Source: Phoronis australis | Taxonomy: Eukaryota > Animalia > Phoronida | NCBI GenBank assembly: GCA_002633005.1 | Contig: NMRA01000849.1 | Span: 1-64,000, forward strand | Reading direction: 5' to 3' | DNA length: 64,000 bases | Part shown: in pieces, positions 1 to 13,599 of the stretch | Numbering within the stretch: the first letter of the stretch is position 1 | Layout: each line of letters opens with the position of its first letter | Notes under the pieces: generated by a model | What the model was told of the DNA's origin: nothing | The model's database searches: none | Seen by the model: the letters and a program-made list of their open reading frames with translations, nothing else | Program-made: the position numbers and the translations under genes

Positions 1-669
1 TCTTTGTAGGTGTCAAAAACCAGAATGATATCGCCATAATTATCTAGTTAAGAAAATCACTTCCATACTATCCACACGTGCAGTTCTGTGGCTTGGGTGA
101 ACACACTCATTGGATGTTGTTACTTGTTTACGTGTTTTCTGGGTCTAAAACCTCTATTGCAGCTTGAGGACTCTCCTGTTCTAAGACGTCTGCTTCGGAA
201 AGTGTCTGCAGAAGGTGGATTCGATTCGATTTGTCTGTGCATGACAGCATTGCCATACTGGCAGCAAAGATTGCTCTTGGTGTTAAGGTGAATTCATGGT
301 GGCTGATAGCATGTTTCTGGTCGATTTGCTCAGCAGGCTACAACTCCTGTTGTTCTCGTCATTGATCCTCAGCCTGGTTACTGCCAAGCTTATCTGCTGT
401 CCGACTGTCAAAGGCAAAATGCATTTCCATTGAGTAGAGGAGAACTGGATTCCAAAGTGAACAGTGAAAATAATAACGAAATCAACAAAAGATATGTCTC
501 AAATGTCTTTTCAAAAAGATATAGATGTACACTGTAAATATACATGTAGGTTAACCTGCGTTTCTGTGATACCTTTAAATATTCTGGGGGTTCGTATCTG
601 TTATTAAAATCATTTACATTATATGTATCATTTTAGAAATAGTGTTTTTCAATTCCTTACACCACAAAA

Positions 670-937
670 TGTGAGTGCAGCCATTAAAACTAACATTCTA
701 AGTGACCCAAGAGCAGAAATACTGAGCAAAATGTATTTTGCGGGCGCCATTTGTGAAATTTCAAGATGGCCACCAAGATGGCCGCCAAGATGGCCGCCAG
801 TAAAATTAAAATTTCCAGTTCATTGGCTTCAGAACTGCAGGTGTAGCCATAAAAACTAACATTCTCAGTGACCCAAGGGCGGATATATTGGGCAAAATCC
901 ATTTTGCCGGCGCCATTTTTGAAAATTCAAGATGGCC
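670..937. repeat. Two ~170-bp tandem units containing a (CAAGATGGCCRC)x3 array, probably a transposon internal repeat
   Basis: gcagccattaaaactaacattctaagtgacccaag...gcgccatttgtgaaatttcaagatggcca recurs as gtagccataaaaactaacattctcagtgacccaag...gcgccatttttgaaaattcaagatggcca; 12-bp repeats at ~762-798. Confidence 0.75.
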
Positions 938-2171
938 AGTGTTGTGTACTTAGTCACACAATAACAGGATGTTTGTAGGTTGTTATTGTTTATGAGTTCA
1001 GTAGTTTAATTGGTATTATGTCATGCGATTTCTAGTACAGGAAGTGTGTCATAGGTAACGCATCATATGTTGTTATGTAGTTGTGTGTATATATATTGTT
1101 GCGATATGTAGAATAAATCAGTTCAGTGTTCAGTTCAATTCTGTTCGTTTCACTGCGTAGTTCATGGAGTGTCTATTTTATTTGACAAAGTAAGATACAC
1201 AACAGCCGCCAAGATGGCCACCAAAAATGAAATCAATCATTTTCTGATTCGTCATTCCATGAGGTTTCCAAAATGTATAGTTTCCACTTTCCCCAAAAAA
1301 TTACAACGAATTTCAAAATTTGGACATAGTGAACCTGACTACAGATGGCAAGTAAGCACTGCCCTCATTGGTTAATGTCTGGCTAATACTTTATGTCAGC
1401 TTCCACGGAAGCCACTAGTGGTTGATAAGGTTAATTGCTCAAATTGGTCATGATTTAAACTGGTATACATGCTTAATTACATGCAAAGTCTGTTAAAATA
1501 TATAAACCCTGGTTATAATTTAACCTCGCAGTGGTAAATACAGAACGGTGTGTCTATATTTTTTATAAATTACTCAACTCAGACTTATCCCTAGGCCAAG
1601 TCTAGGCAGTATCCGACTTTCGCACCCCATTCACACGATTCAGAAGGATTCACTTTGGGATTTGTCAGTAAACTTGTGCTTTCTTACCTCACTGCATTCA
1701 CAAATTATTATTTTAGATGAACTTCAAATAATCATCTGTTGGTGTGCTAAGAATTTGCTTATGACGCCTCAACTCGCGCTACGCTTATACTTATTTGGTC
1801 GACTGCAAGACGAGGCTGGAAAGGGCTTGTGCTTTCACAACTCCAAAAGCTATAATTGGCTGAGAAAACAACATGCATTTTCTACAGATGCTAGTAAAAG
1901 CAAAATTTGCCCGTTCAGGCGAAATAATGCATTTTCTGGGAATACTGAGAAATGCGACGATCCGGACTAGACATTCAACGGCAATAATTAAGCCTTCCTT
2001 GGAATTTAAAAAGGCCACGAGATTTAGGCCAATTGATATTTTCCTTGTGTTTTCTGGCAATTATCCGTGATTGTACCATCACAATCAAGTATGGACTGAC
2101 TAAAACCCTTGCATTCCATGAAAATATTGGATTAAATAAAACAAAACTGACAGCAGGTGTAGCTAAAGTTA

Positions 2172-2290
2172 GGGGAGGCAGTGTAGCCTAGTGTGATAGG
2201 TGCCCGCATTCTTTACCCGAGGTCGTGGGTTCCAATCCCAGTGGGTCACACTGCTAAGCCTTTGAGTCAGGTTTCTAGCTCCTTAGCTCG
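2172..2290 (+). mobile_element. tRNA-derived SINE head (degenerate)
   Basis: A-box-like TAGCCTAGTGTG and B-box-like GGGTTCCAATCCC at tRNA spacing; no intact cloverleaf. Confidence 0.55.
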
Positions 2291-2834
2291 GTTTTAACCA
2301 CATATATTAATAATGCACAAAAATGGTTCCAGGTGATCAGTACAATGGACCAACATGCGCGGCCTGCGCTCGTCTGGTACAATGTGTATGAGACCGCCTG
2401 CAATTACTTTTTTAAAAAGTTAAATAGGATTGCATAGGTCGAAATAATGTTTCCCAATGAATTTGAAATTGGGTGGCCTTTTATTCGCATATAAGCCTCA
2501 TCGGTGGCAATTTATGATATGGGCTGACTAGTTCGAAGTTCTTGAATGTTTTGTGTACGACAGACATCAGAAGTTCCATCACCAGGATTAAACACTGGGT
2601 TTGTTTTCACAAAATTATTCACTTTAATCTTACGAGGGCATTAGCAATTTGTGAGTTGGGATTTTTCTACATTAGAGGTACATATAACCATCTCTTGGAC
2701 TGAAGAAGAAATTATTCGCAAGGACAGCACCATTACCAAATCCCGAAAAACAAAGAAAGACAGTAGTATTGTGTTTATCATTATTTTAATTCATGAATTC
2801 TTATATGAAGTACAAATAACGTAACTAATCATAA

Positions 2835-3376
2835 TTGAGAATAACAGAACAGGCGTTTGTAAATAGGTATAAACGATATGAATACTTTGGGAAGACGGAA
2901 TAATAGAACAGGCGTTTGGAAATAGATATAGGCGATATGAATATTTTGGGAAGACGGAATAATAGAACAGGCGTTTGTAAATAGATATAGGCGATATGAA
3001 TATTTTGGGAAGACGGAATAATAGAACAGGCATTTGGAAATAGGTATAGGTGATATGAATATTTTAGGAAGACGGAATAATAGAACAGGCGTTTGGAAAT
3101 AGGTATAGGTGATATGAATATTTTAGGCAGACGGAATAATAGAACAGGCGTTTGGAAATAGGTGTAGGCGATATGAATATTTTCAGTAGACGGAATAATA
3201 GAACAGGCGTTTGGAAATAGGTATAGGCAATATGAATATTTTGGGAAGACGGAATAATAGAACAGGCGTTTGTAAATAGTTATAGGCGATATGAATATTT
3301 CGGGAAGACAGAATAATAGAACAGGCGTTTGTAAATAGATATAGGCGATATAAATATTTTGGGAAGACGGAATAAA
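2835..3376. repeat. Minisatellite, 59-bp unit, about 9 copies
   Basis: Unit GAAGACGGAATAATAGAACAGGCGTTTGGAAATAGGTATAGGCGATATGAATATTTTGG repeats with a 59-bp period. Confidence 0.95.
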
Positions 3377-3660
3377 CTATTTTTATGCCAAATTATTTAT
3401 ACTTTTTCCCAAAATTTTAATGATTTGCAATTTGCGCTGTAAAAGTGTTACTACATGCTAGTATTGGAAATTGACTGCTATTAGTAGTAGCTAAACTGAA
3501 TATACGATGAATCAAGAGCAAGATAATCCAGGAATTTTGAAGCAGAAAATGTTGTTTGCAATTGTAACACACACGAACAAATTATGAACACTTTTTTATA
3601 ACAGAATACAAAATATCTGAGAAAAATGCAAGTTTTGAGTCAAAAATTAATCTAATGGGA

Positions 3661-3846
3661 GTCACGTGCTTCACTGCACGCAAGCACTTTGGACAGTTTT
3701 ACAATGCCACCGGCCTTGCGTTGAATGCTTGTGACCAGTATGCTAATCTAAAGGAAGCCACGTGCTTCTCTGCACACAAGCACTGTGAACAGTATAACCA
3801 TGCCACTGGCCCTGCCTTGAATGCTTGCGACCAATATGCACATCTA
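3661..3846. repeat. 96-bp tandem duplication, 2 copies
   Basis: gtcacgtgcttcactgcac...gaccagtatgctaatcta vs gccacgtgcttctctgcac...gaccaatatgcacatcta. Confidence 0.85.
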
Positions 3847-5120
3847 CTGTCATGATTATTCTTTATTGCATTTGAAAAAATATGCTACAGGTACCAGTAT
3901 TTGCTTTATTCGTTTCATTCTATTGAATGGGTTTGATGCAGTTTGCTGAAAAAGAACTTTCTAGTATTAATTGCAGTGGTGGTCATGGCAACTATTTGTC
4001 TACTGTCAAAACGTATTTAGTGGTTTTGACATACTAGTCTTTAGTTTTAGGTTAGCTAATGAATATCTGTATTAGCTTTAGGCAGTTTTTATGATTTTTA
4101 ACGACGGTATTACCAAGTTTGGATACGGAGGTTGCTTTGACATAAGTGTTCTGGTATATACTTGGTAGAACAATAACTTTTGCTATAGGCTATTTATATA
4201 TTTTTCGAAGGTTCGTTGGTAAGTATGTGACGCGCGTAGCTTACTATACTGTTGCAATTCCTAGATACCATCGATGGCAACAGTGTACATTCAAGCTTAG
4301 CAACTGCCCTGGGGTCACTAAAAGTATTTGATCGTGGTTGCCTGTCTTACCATGACTGCCATCAAGCTTAAAAATTGATGATCTTGTTTGTGAAAATACC
4401 TGGTCACCATGGTAACGACACTCAATTCAGCTCCAAACCTCAACAATGAGTCAACCCAAGTACTTTTAGAAAGGTTTCTTGGTTCTTATTTGCCCTCAAA
4501 CTTGAAGTCGGCTGAGAAATACCTAGTTACAATGGCAACGGTGCATATTTCAGCTTGCAACCACCGCCCATCCTGACTTTCGAGAATGCCTTTGCCTGCT
4601 GCTAACATGGACTTAGCAAGCTTAAAACTGTTGATTCTGGCAGTCTGACTGAACACTTCACCACTTCACCTTAAATAAAATGCATACGTGAAATTTGCAC
4701 AGCCACATAGAATTCCCTTGATATGCTGCTGCTCGAGAATTACACATAAACGTGGAATACTGAAATGCGCAACTGGTATCGACTGAAGTTACATAACAAT
4801 TAAGCTCTTCACATCATGGTCATAAATGCGTTTTTTCAAAGAAAATTGGTTCCGTTGTTCGACTATTCTTCATTTGTTGTGCAATTATCGTACTAACAGT
4901 GATTACACCATGATCATGTGACTTGAAGAGCTTTGGTCGGCCTTTAAGGTGACGAATGGAACTTGTAACCTAAGCCTGTATTAGTGTTCACGACCGTTAA
5001 CCAGTGCACTTATACCTAGATCCACTGAAATATTTTATTTGGACTTAAGCTCAAATAAATGCATCATTATTTTTTTTTAAATTTTTGGTGTCACCGTAAG
5101 TAGAATCTGATTAATTTCAG

Positions 5121-5439
5121 GAATCCAGCCACTGAGTACAAACCGTTTGGGCCTCTCGCTGAGAAAACGCTTCTGTGTATTCGAAGCCGACTTTTAGTAA
5201 CTACAGATGAAGAGATACAAACCTCTTTCTGGGCTAAAATAAAGAGAATGGGGCTAAACAAGCTTTGCGTGATACTTCACAAGACCGAAGTGAACCGTTT
5301 TTGGAGTGAAAAGATGAAGTCTTTGGGAATCATTGATGAGTTTAATGTTGACGGCTTGATACACGAAAAAGAGGATGGCCGTACGGTTGAAGAAATCAGT
5401 GCCGGAATAATCAACTGGCTGAAGCAGAGAAACATCAGT
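5121..5439 (+). CDS. CARNS1-like: ATP-grasp ligase paralog 1 (carnosine synthase-like), exon A; upstream exon or start not identified
   Basis: Acceptor tttcag|G, open frame NPATEYKPFGPLAEKTLL...WLKQRNIS, donor GTAAGT; homologous and equal in length to 26568-26886. Confidence 0.8.
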
Positions 5440-5607
5440 GTAAGTGATTAGATATTACAAATAACCAAGCCTTCAGTTGCCGTAAGTAAAACGGATAATT
5501 GTTTGTATATACCTTACAAAATATGCGATTCTTTGTTGTCTTATAAGATATTCCTCACGTTTGACAAAGCAACGCCGAAAGCTGGAGAACGACAAATTTT
5601 GAATGTC

Positions 5608-7022
5608 CAGGTCCGTATCTAGAGGGGGTTCGGGGGTTGGATAGACCCCCCGCGCAAAAGGTCCAGTCCCAGCCTATCCGTTACAGATAGGATACAGATG
5701 AGCAATAACAAAATTTGTTGCAGCTACTGGTGCAACTGACTACAATTATACCTACGTTAGTAATAATTTTGGATTTGCTTTTGATTCAAAGCGCTTCACG
5801 TAATCATCGGACCGTACCCGGCCAACTTCGCCCGAGTGGTGTTTGCGTAGATGACAGGATCGTGCAGACGATTAGAAGAGACTTTATGCTTTTTCATTGA
5901 ACCAGGAAGAACGCGCATGGTGGCTACACCGTAGGGTATCAAGGGAGTCTAAAAGAAAATGTCTATACATAGCTAAGATATATAGTACAAAGTGAACTCC
6001 CAAAAATAGTGCGGTTTGTTATTTGATATTGCTTGCTAGCAGGTATTTTCAAATTTGGAATTGAAAGTCTTCGTCAAATACATGTATGTTGTTCATCAGT
6101 GTCAGCTTCGATTATGAATTGATGAATTGACATACAAGTGTGCGTTTCCGTTCATTTAAATTCAGTAAGTTCACTATTGGCAGCCGTTGTCGTTGCTCAA
6201 AAATCAGACATTTAACTATAACCGTGTTTTCTTGCACTGAAAAAACTCCAACTCATGTTCACATTTTTAGGGAAAGTAGCTCTAGGCCTAATAAAAACTT
6301 TAGTCAATGGAAAGAGACTCCTCTTGTCAATAATGTCAATGGGGCACAGCATCACAGACTTTATACGGCAACTAACTTGATGGAAGAGATTTCCAAGGTT
6401 ACATGTCACTATTACGAAGGTTCACTACTCTGAAGGTCCACTACTCCGAAGGTTCGACACCTTCGAAAGTTCACTGCCTCGAATGTCCACAATTCCGAAG
6501 CCAGAACTCCGATATTTAACATTTTTTTTTAAATATAAGCACAGCTCCAAAAGTCGCTTTTACATTATATCCAGGTTCTCATTCACACCCTTGCATACAT
6601 TCACTAGTAAGAGCGAGCTTAGAGGAGCAGGAGACACCTTTGTGCAATACTGTTATATTTTTGTGTGTTACAAAAAAGTAATGCGCAAAAATACAACTGT
6701 CCGTCGAGTAGGTGTAATCACTCATTTAAGCACCTCTGATTTGAACGTTTAGAAGGAGGTGACGCGAGAACGTTCTAGGCCACATTACATCCAAATTCGA
6801 GTTCCGTTCATTGCGAGCAACCGTCACGACATCCTCGTTTCTGATATTATTAATTATGTTTCATCTTTGAAACGTAAGGCTGAGAGTCATCATTATATAT
6901 ACAGATTTTCCTTGCACCCTAATTGAGCTGCGCCAACTGAGGGCCTTACTAAAAACTCCGTAGTGTCGACGTTTGCAAAATATCAAAGGACCAACCTCCG
7001 CGCAATGCGGGCTACGGGCCTC
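5608..7022. mobile_element. Non-autonomous hAT-like DNA transposon in the intron of paralog 1
   Basis: Imperfect TIRs CAGGTCCGTATC...GCTACGGGCCTC, flanked by 5-bp direct repeat ATGTC (5603-5607, 7023-7027). Confidence 0.6.
6415..6501. repeat. Degenerate 16-bp tandem repeat (CGAAGGTTCACTACTC), about 5 copies
   Basis: cgaaggttcactactc tgaaggtccactactc cgaaggttcgacacctt cgaaagttcactgcct cgaatgtccacaattc cgaag. Confidence 0.75.
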
Positions 7023-7266
7023 ATGTCTGTGCCACGAATTACTTTCCTTTCTACGGAAATAGGATGACTTGAAAACGTGAACTTGTTTGAATATGGGCCT
7101 ATTTTTAAAACTGTTCGGTTGTTGGAAGCCTTAAATCTAAGCACCAGCTAACCGACGCGGATTTCAAATACCATAACCTTGCGGAAACAGGTCCTACAAC
7201 ATGCTTCTATCAAACCAAACATCAAATCTTCACGGTTTACGTGATATATGCAATCGCACTTTGCAG

Positions 7267-7425
7267 GCAAACGCCGGTTACTTTTTTGGCGACTTCCTGA
7301 ATATGGTTGGAAGTTACGTTTGTGAACAACTAAGCATTCCGGGCGACAGCTACGAGAGTAACAAGGTGTGTTTACTGAAGGATCTCACACAGGAATACGT
7401 GCTTAGAACCCCGGAAGCCGCAAAG
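7267..7425 (+). CDS. CARNS1-like: ATP-grasp ligase paralog 1, exon B
   Basis: ttgcag|ANAGYFFGDFLNMVGSYVCEQLSIPGDSYESNKVCLLKDLTQEYVLRTPEAAK|gtgagt; phase 0; matches 30145-30303. Confidence 0.85.
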
Positions 7426-7910
7426 GTGAGTGATCTTGAAGAGTTTTTTTTGGTTAGGTGAAAGTTACACGTTAATGTGCGAGAAGGGGAAAGGAACAAC
7501 CACCGTGTTAGGGAAATATCTGGTTACTGGTGAGAAGCGAGCCAAGAGTCTGCATGAGGAGAATATTCGGATGAGTTGGTAAAAACTAGGGGATGACAAC
7601 CATGGAAGACCCAGCGACGACCGGAGTGAGAGTTGGAAGATCAAAGACAAATACTCTATAAAAACATGTCACGTTACAACGTATCCCTTAAATGGAAAGT
7701 ATTTAGACCTATATGTAGTCAGAGTGGCCTGAGCCATTTTTAAATAAACATGTTTGCCGTTTTTCGTGACTGCAGTTAGATTTTATATTAAATGTAAACA
7801 GTCTTTAGGCAGCCAGTATAGTTTCTCCTGAACTTGGCTGAATTGTGAGATTTCCCCTCTCTCTCATTTCGTCATGGAGATAACTCGATAACCAGTCTGT
7901 TTTCTTTCAG

Positions 7911-8129
7911 TATGGCGTACCTAGCCACTCTGTAAACATCCAGAGAGAATTACTGGCAGCGTTAGCCAAGTTAACGTTTCCTGTTGTCATGAAGCCTCTG
8001 TGTGGAAGCTGTTCGGTTGGTTGCAAAGTTCTCTACGACACGGCCAACTGTTTAAAGTTCTTCAATGAACTGACCACTGGTATATCATGTGGGACAGCAG
8101 TGTGTGAAAAACTGTCATACACTCAGTCG
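7911..8129 (+). CDS. CARNS1-like: ATP-grasp ligase paralog 1, exon C
   Basis: tttcag|YGVPSHSV...FPVVMKPLCGSCSVGCKV...YTQS|gtaagg; ATP-grasp FPxxxKPxxGxxSxG motif. Confidence 0.88.
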
Positions 8130-8617
8130 GTAAGGTTTCATTTTTGGTGCTTTGGGATGGAGGATGCGGTAAAGAACGGCAAACATTGCAGTAAAAGGCA
8201 GTTCGTTGTAAATAAGTCGGTTTCTAGCCGTGTTCATAATGTTTAGACATGCGTCTCACGGACCATCCGGGCATTCATCGTTTATAAGTTATCAATGAAC
8301 TTTCTGATGGTTTCAGGCATGCTGACAAATTTTATCGAAAACTTTTTTGCGGCACGAATTATAGTCAGCAGGAAAAGTAATTATATATTTGTGCTACTTT
8401 ATGACCTGTTGTCGTAGACCAGGGTAACAATCAAAACTGGGACCTTAAAACTCGCTAGATGGTGTTTGTGAAGTATAGATCCTGTACCCGCAAAACTGCG
8501 TGTATTCAATTAACCGCATAGAACACTAATAGCCCGCTCGAAAACCCCATGGTTTTTCCTCTAATCCATCCTGATACTAAGGTGAAGGTTCAACTGAAGG
8601 CATTCTTTCTTTACCAG

Positions 8618-9313
8618 GTACTTGCAATGGAATACCTGAAAGGCGACAAATATTCAGTTGACGTGGTTATTTTGCGGGGGAAACTTGTTGGCGGCTTTGT
8701 TGTTAAGAGAGGTCCTGCCCCACTTCCGGAATTTTGGAACACTTCTGTCATTATTCCTGGCGCCTCAGCCGAAGTGCACGCGGAACTGGTTGAAGCTTCC
8801 TATCAGTGCAGTCTAGCGGTTGGTCTTCTTCACGGGGTCTACAATGTCGAGTTAATAAGGGACCAGGGTTACGCCTCGCCAAAGTTAATCGAAATCAACC
8901 CACGTCCTGCAGGTAATAGATTGGTTACATTAATTGAAGAGGCGTACGGTAATAATCCTCAGATCATACATGCAAAGCTCCGCTGTGGCGTAGATCTTTC
9001 TCTTGATGAGATGAGGATTGAGCCGAAATCACACGTGGCTGCCTATTACTTCGATTTGGTCATGCACAAAGAGAAGTTGAAAACAGCTTACGGCCACATG
9101 TTATCAAACGCAAAGGAATACGGTGTCAGTATGCTGAGCCCAGGACTGCAAACTACGACGCAAATGATGTTCGAAAACTCCAAATCCATGCGCCCGATTC
9201 TCATAGCGATGACGCCAGACGAGTCACGGTGTGGAGCGATCAATAAATTGTGTCGGTTTCTCATTGATTCAAAGTACTTCAACCACATGGAAGTAGCATT
9301 GATGCGGTTTTAA
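8618..9313 (+). CDS. CARNS1-like: ATP-grasp ligase paralog 1, terminal exon D
   Basis: taccag|VLAMEYLKGDKYSVD...GVYNVE...LIEINPRPAG...stop; ATP-grasp metal-binding EINPR; AATAAA ~60 nt after the stop. Confidence 0.9.
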   Translation, partial: VLAMEYLKGDKYSVDVVILRGKLVGGFVVKRGPAPLPEFWNTSVIIPGASAEVHAELVEASYQCSLAVGLLHGVYNVELIRDQGYASPKLIEINPRPAGNRLVTLIEEAYGNNPQIIHAKLRCGVDLSLDEMRIEPKSHVAAYYFDLVMHKEKLKTAYGHMLSNAKEYGVSMLSPGLQTTTQMMFENSKSMRPILIAMTPDESRCGAINKLCRFLIDSKYFNHMEVALMRF

Positions 9314-10413
9314 ATGAGTGAATTTATACAATTTTAACGGTTTACCTGTAAAGTGTTACGGATTTCACGGCCATAAATAAATATATCAAACTACTTCTTG
9401 GTTAAAAAATATATTTTGTAATTAGCTTTTCCCCATAGAGTTCTCCCGGCCGTGTGTTTATCTTAGCAATTATTTTTTGGAGTGCTGAAAAGTCCTTGTT
9501 TTTCAATATCATACAGGTAACGTTCACATTGCAGGCCTATTTTTGAATGATTCATAAGTAGCTTAGTTTCGTACTGGAAAGTCGTTAATATATGAGTTAT
9601 CACTGAAGCGACGTCAAAATGATGTAACTGCATGGTCGCATTCTAGTCTGGTGGGAAGCGAAGCCTTTTTTCGGGAAAAACATATAAATAAATAGTGGAA
9701 ACAGCCGATGTTTCACTGTTGTCTTTTACTCACTGAACAAGGAGGGCCCAGCCTCATTTTGAGACACCTTCCATTGAGCACGATTGAGTAGCTTCGACGG
9801 GTCAACCGGCCAAGACATTACATTGGTTCTTCAAGAGGCCAATCAGATGCCTTAGACGGTTGAGACGACAGAAGCCAATAAAGTGCAGTCATTGAAAAAA
9901 TACGATAGAGTGCGTACAAAATGGTAATTGGTTGCTCAATCTCTGTACTCGTACGACGAAAAATAATGGAGTACGCTGGAGTTTCCAAACTTCAACTCAA
10001 CTGTTAGGCACTCCATCCATGACCGCCAACAACAAGGTCATTTTCTATTCCCTGTGCACAGTTTTGAAGCAGTTGCGTACGAAACGATCCCCAAATGACG
10101 TCAGCTTCTGAGCAGCTTCTGGAACGATTTTGCAGCAGCGCAATTTGGATGAACCAAACTGTTACGTAACAGCGCTGCTATACTCGATTTAGACGCATGT
10201 GCCTCTGTAATACGCATGTGCACTACCACGTGAGGGTCGAAGAGGTAGCGCGACTGCTTCGTCAATTTCGTAAATGCTGAATTGCGAATCTGTTTATCTC
10301 CATACACCAGCTTGGTCTCTTCAACCTTTGTGCAGACTTTGGTGATATCGCCACTTAAAAACTAGCGTTCCGCCGAAGAAATAATTTTAGACCTAGACTC
10401 TATGTGGCTTTAA

Positions 10414-10962
10414 AGTGGCACGGAACGCGAAAACTCTAAAAAATACCTTTTAAACAGATCGTGGCGAATCTACCTCGTGAGGATGCTTACGTGAGAGTTA
10501 TTTGCTTTGAATATTGCAAGAAGTGTCAGAAACACTATTTCTGAAACAGACAAAATAAAAACGCTTTCTTCCCAATACAGGTTTTCGATAATAAATATGC
10601 GCTCATGGGCTCAAAGAAGTCGGACTGGCTGCTGCTTGAACTCGCCATTGTTTATTTACATCAAAGATCAAAGACCACATTTCAGTTCTATATGAGGTAA
10701 ATGTGGTAGGTCTATGTTTTGCCATACCAAATAAGCAAAGGTGCTTTGCGGTGTAAGTGAAAAACTCAATGAAATGGCGAGCAGTTGACATATCTTTTTT
10801 GAAATTTAAAGTTTAAGAAAAATCCTTTGACATCAACGGTTATTCAAAACCTTTACGAAACCGTAAATTAAAATACCAGGTGAACAATTTGACTTCTTTT
10901 TCAGTGCCAGAGAAATTCTACAGATACTTCAATTCAGTCTGTTTTTCACGTTCTATGCCACT
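10414..10962. mobile_element. MITE with TTAA target duplication (Kolobok-like termini)
   Basis: TTAA|AGTGGCACGGAACGCGAAAA ... TTTTCACGTTCTATGCCACT|TTAA, ~20-bp TIR. Confidence 0.8.
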
Positions 10963-13436
10963 TTAAAATTGGTCTCAACTTGTCTTGCAAAGAACTGACA
11001 ATTCGTTATTGCTCAAGACCATGTTCGGCGAATAAAATAACACGCCGTGACAAGTCAACGCGTAGAGCCTGGTCTTGAACAATGAGAAACTGTGAGCTCT
11101 TTCCAAGCCCAGGAATCACATCTGTGTTGACTAAGGAACAAATTGAGATGAAATTTACTAATGTAAGTGTTCTAAGTCAAAAGCTGATTTTGTGAAATAA
11201 AGCGGGTTTATAGTCTCCCTATCCCTTGCAAGTGTGAAAGGAGCTTATACGTTGGTGCAAAATTCACGATAAGTCAAATGACGCAATAGATGCAAGTATG
11301 GGTGACACTCGTTTTTGTCTTCTTCAACTGGCAGGAATCGAATTCAGGACAAAGGGCTCCGAAATACATGTTAAGCAAGCAGCTATTTCGAAAACATGGT
11401 TTGATGTAGCTGTGGCCCTAGAGGTCAGTGTGTCACCAATTACACCAATGAGAGGGTTGGCGATAGCCATCAGATTCACGCAAACAGACGGTGGTTTTTC
11501 TTTGGCTACCCCGGAGGCTCGTTATCAAACAAATGTCACAAATGCGATATCCTTATTGGCGTTTTCTAATGCCGAGTTTAACTTCAATTATTGTACATTA
11601 TGCTTTTCGTAATAAGAATTCTGAAAAATGCGATAAGTTTAGTGGCTCATGCAACCACTCAACTTGACCAGAAGCTGTTCCAGTTAAATGTAAGCACGTC
11701 AAAGCTGTTGCGTCTTGTACTTTTCTCATTAACTTTGTGCCTATGACATGCAGAAAGCTGAGTCGATGCCGCGGAAACATACATCATAGACCTGCCATGT
11801 TTTTAAGCACAGCCCCAAGTTTTCATTAATTCTCTTAATACAATACATTGCCCAGTGAAAACGAGCTCACTGGAGTGGGTGACACTTTAGTTCAATGCTC
11901 GATTGTCTGCTAGTAAAGCCATGATTCGAACCCCGGTCTCCAAACAGGAGTCCGGAGCTCGAGTCCCGATAGCACTGCCTACACCAAGGAGAGTGATCAC
12001 TGGTACTTCTTATGTTTCCTATGTTTATGTACAGGTAGAAGTGACCACAGCTCTTGTGAATCCATGAATTGGTGTTTTCCTTACGTATATGGGACTCACT
12101 GTTTAAAAGAATGCAGGTTGTGTATTATTATGAAATAAAGAGTGGGTAAGCAGAACAGCTCTAGATGTTACTAACAAGGTGTGAAAATTCGAACAAGAAT
12201 TAACTAAAGATGTCGATTCGGCGGTGAATAACATAATGAGTGAAATTAAACAATGTGCAAGTGGTGTTAAGAAACGTGTGACAATCCTTTGTAGTTACGG
12301 GCTTAAGAAACATTGGTAAAGACAAACTTCGAAACAATACAAACAATAACTTGCAGTTTGAGGATGTGTTTATAACTCAATACGTCCAGTCTAGAAATGA
12401 ATGCAACCATGTAAGCGGAAGAATGAGAAAGCTGTGCCCGGTGGCCTGTAGCAACACCAAATTGCGACTCAACCAAGGTCTCTAAATCTTTTACGCATTT
12501 CTTTCGGTTTTTACTCAGATATGTAATATTTTTTCTATCATTTCATCTTTATTATCGGCTCCTCTTATACTCGTTACATATTCTAATAATACAACTAAGA
12601 ACTGAGCCCTTAGTTCGGTCATAGGGACTTAGTCTTTAAATCAGAGGCGTTGCATGAAAATTTCTCTAGTGTATTTCAAGAATATGGATATTTCAACGTA
12701 GAATTCAGTCTCAATTTGTAATAAAGCCAAAACTTAGTTATGAGATTCAAACAGCATAAGAAAGAACTGTCAATGTTTTCATAACACCACAAATACGCTG
12801 CATTATCGTAAAACTGAAGAAGCTACAGAGAGAAAAGACAGAACACAATTTTGGCGCTTTTTAAAGTGAGAAAATCATGTGTGACGTCAGGCATTAAACT
12901 AGGCTAATGAGCAAACCATTTTGAATCACACTATACCACTGGCGAGGAGTAACAAGCGTTTTGTGTGTTTAGAGCAAAAAAAAATCGCAAGTCTAAAACT
13001 ACATTACACAGCTATGTTCCCCCGTGTGTATTTCACGGAAGAATGATTCGAATTAATCACCAAACAGACCCAAACTCCCGCGATCGACCATGGTACTAAA
13101 TTGGCCTACCGAACTCTGTAGGCTACGGTGCGTTCAAATACCTAGAAATCCGTAACAGTGAAATAAAACCACGTTTGTTCAAGAACTTGGTGTATTTGTA
13201 AAGGGTTTACATTGAAATTTGATGATTTATTGGTGTAAAACGATGAATTCAAGCGATAAGTTCAATTTGACACAATTAAGCGTGTTGTGAACGGCTGAAC
13301 ATACAGCGTTCGAACCGATCACGTCATTGGTTAATTTCAACACCTCCGTCTGCCGTTAGGTGTCAGGTAAAACAACTGAACTTGCTGTTAAATTGATTCA
13401 AAATAGGTTGTTCTTTGGGTGGCATTCTCCTTTAAA

Positions 13437-13556
13437 TTACTATTACTACTATTATTACTATTATTATTAGACTACTACTATTACTGCTATTACTACTATC
13501 ACTACTGTTACTCGTAATCGTAATCGTTATTTTTATTATTATTATTATTATTATCA
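13437..13556. repeat. (ATT/ACT)n simple repeat
   Basis: Directly visible trinucleotide tract. Confidence 0.85.
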
Positions 13557-13599
13557 TGAATATTTTATTTAACGAGGACAAAATACATGTCATTGATGC

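Noticed and set aside
2172-2250. Functional tRNA gene
   Set aside because: A and B boxes are present but there is no acceptor-stem pairing or cloverleaf; treated as a SINE head
2835-3376. CRISPR-like periodic array
   Set aside because: The whole 59-bp unit repeats with no unique spacers, there are no cas genes, and the context is eukaryotic; it is a minisatellite
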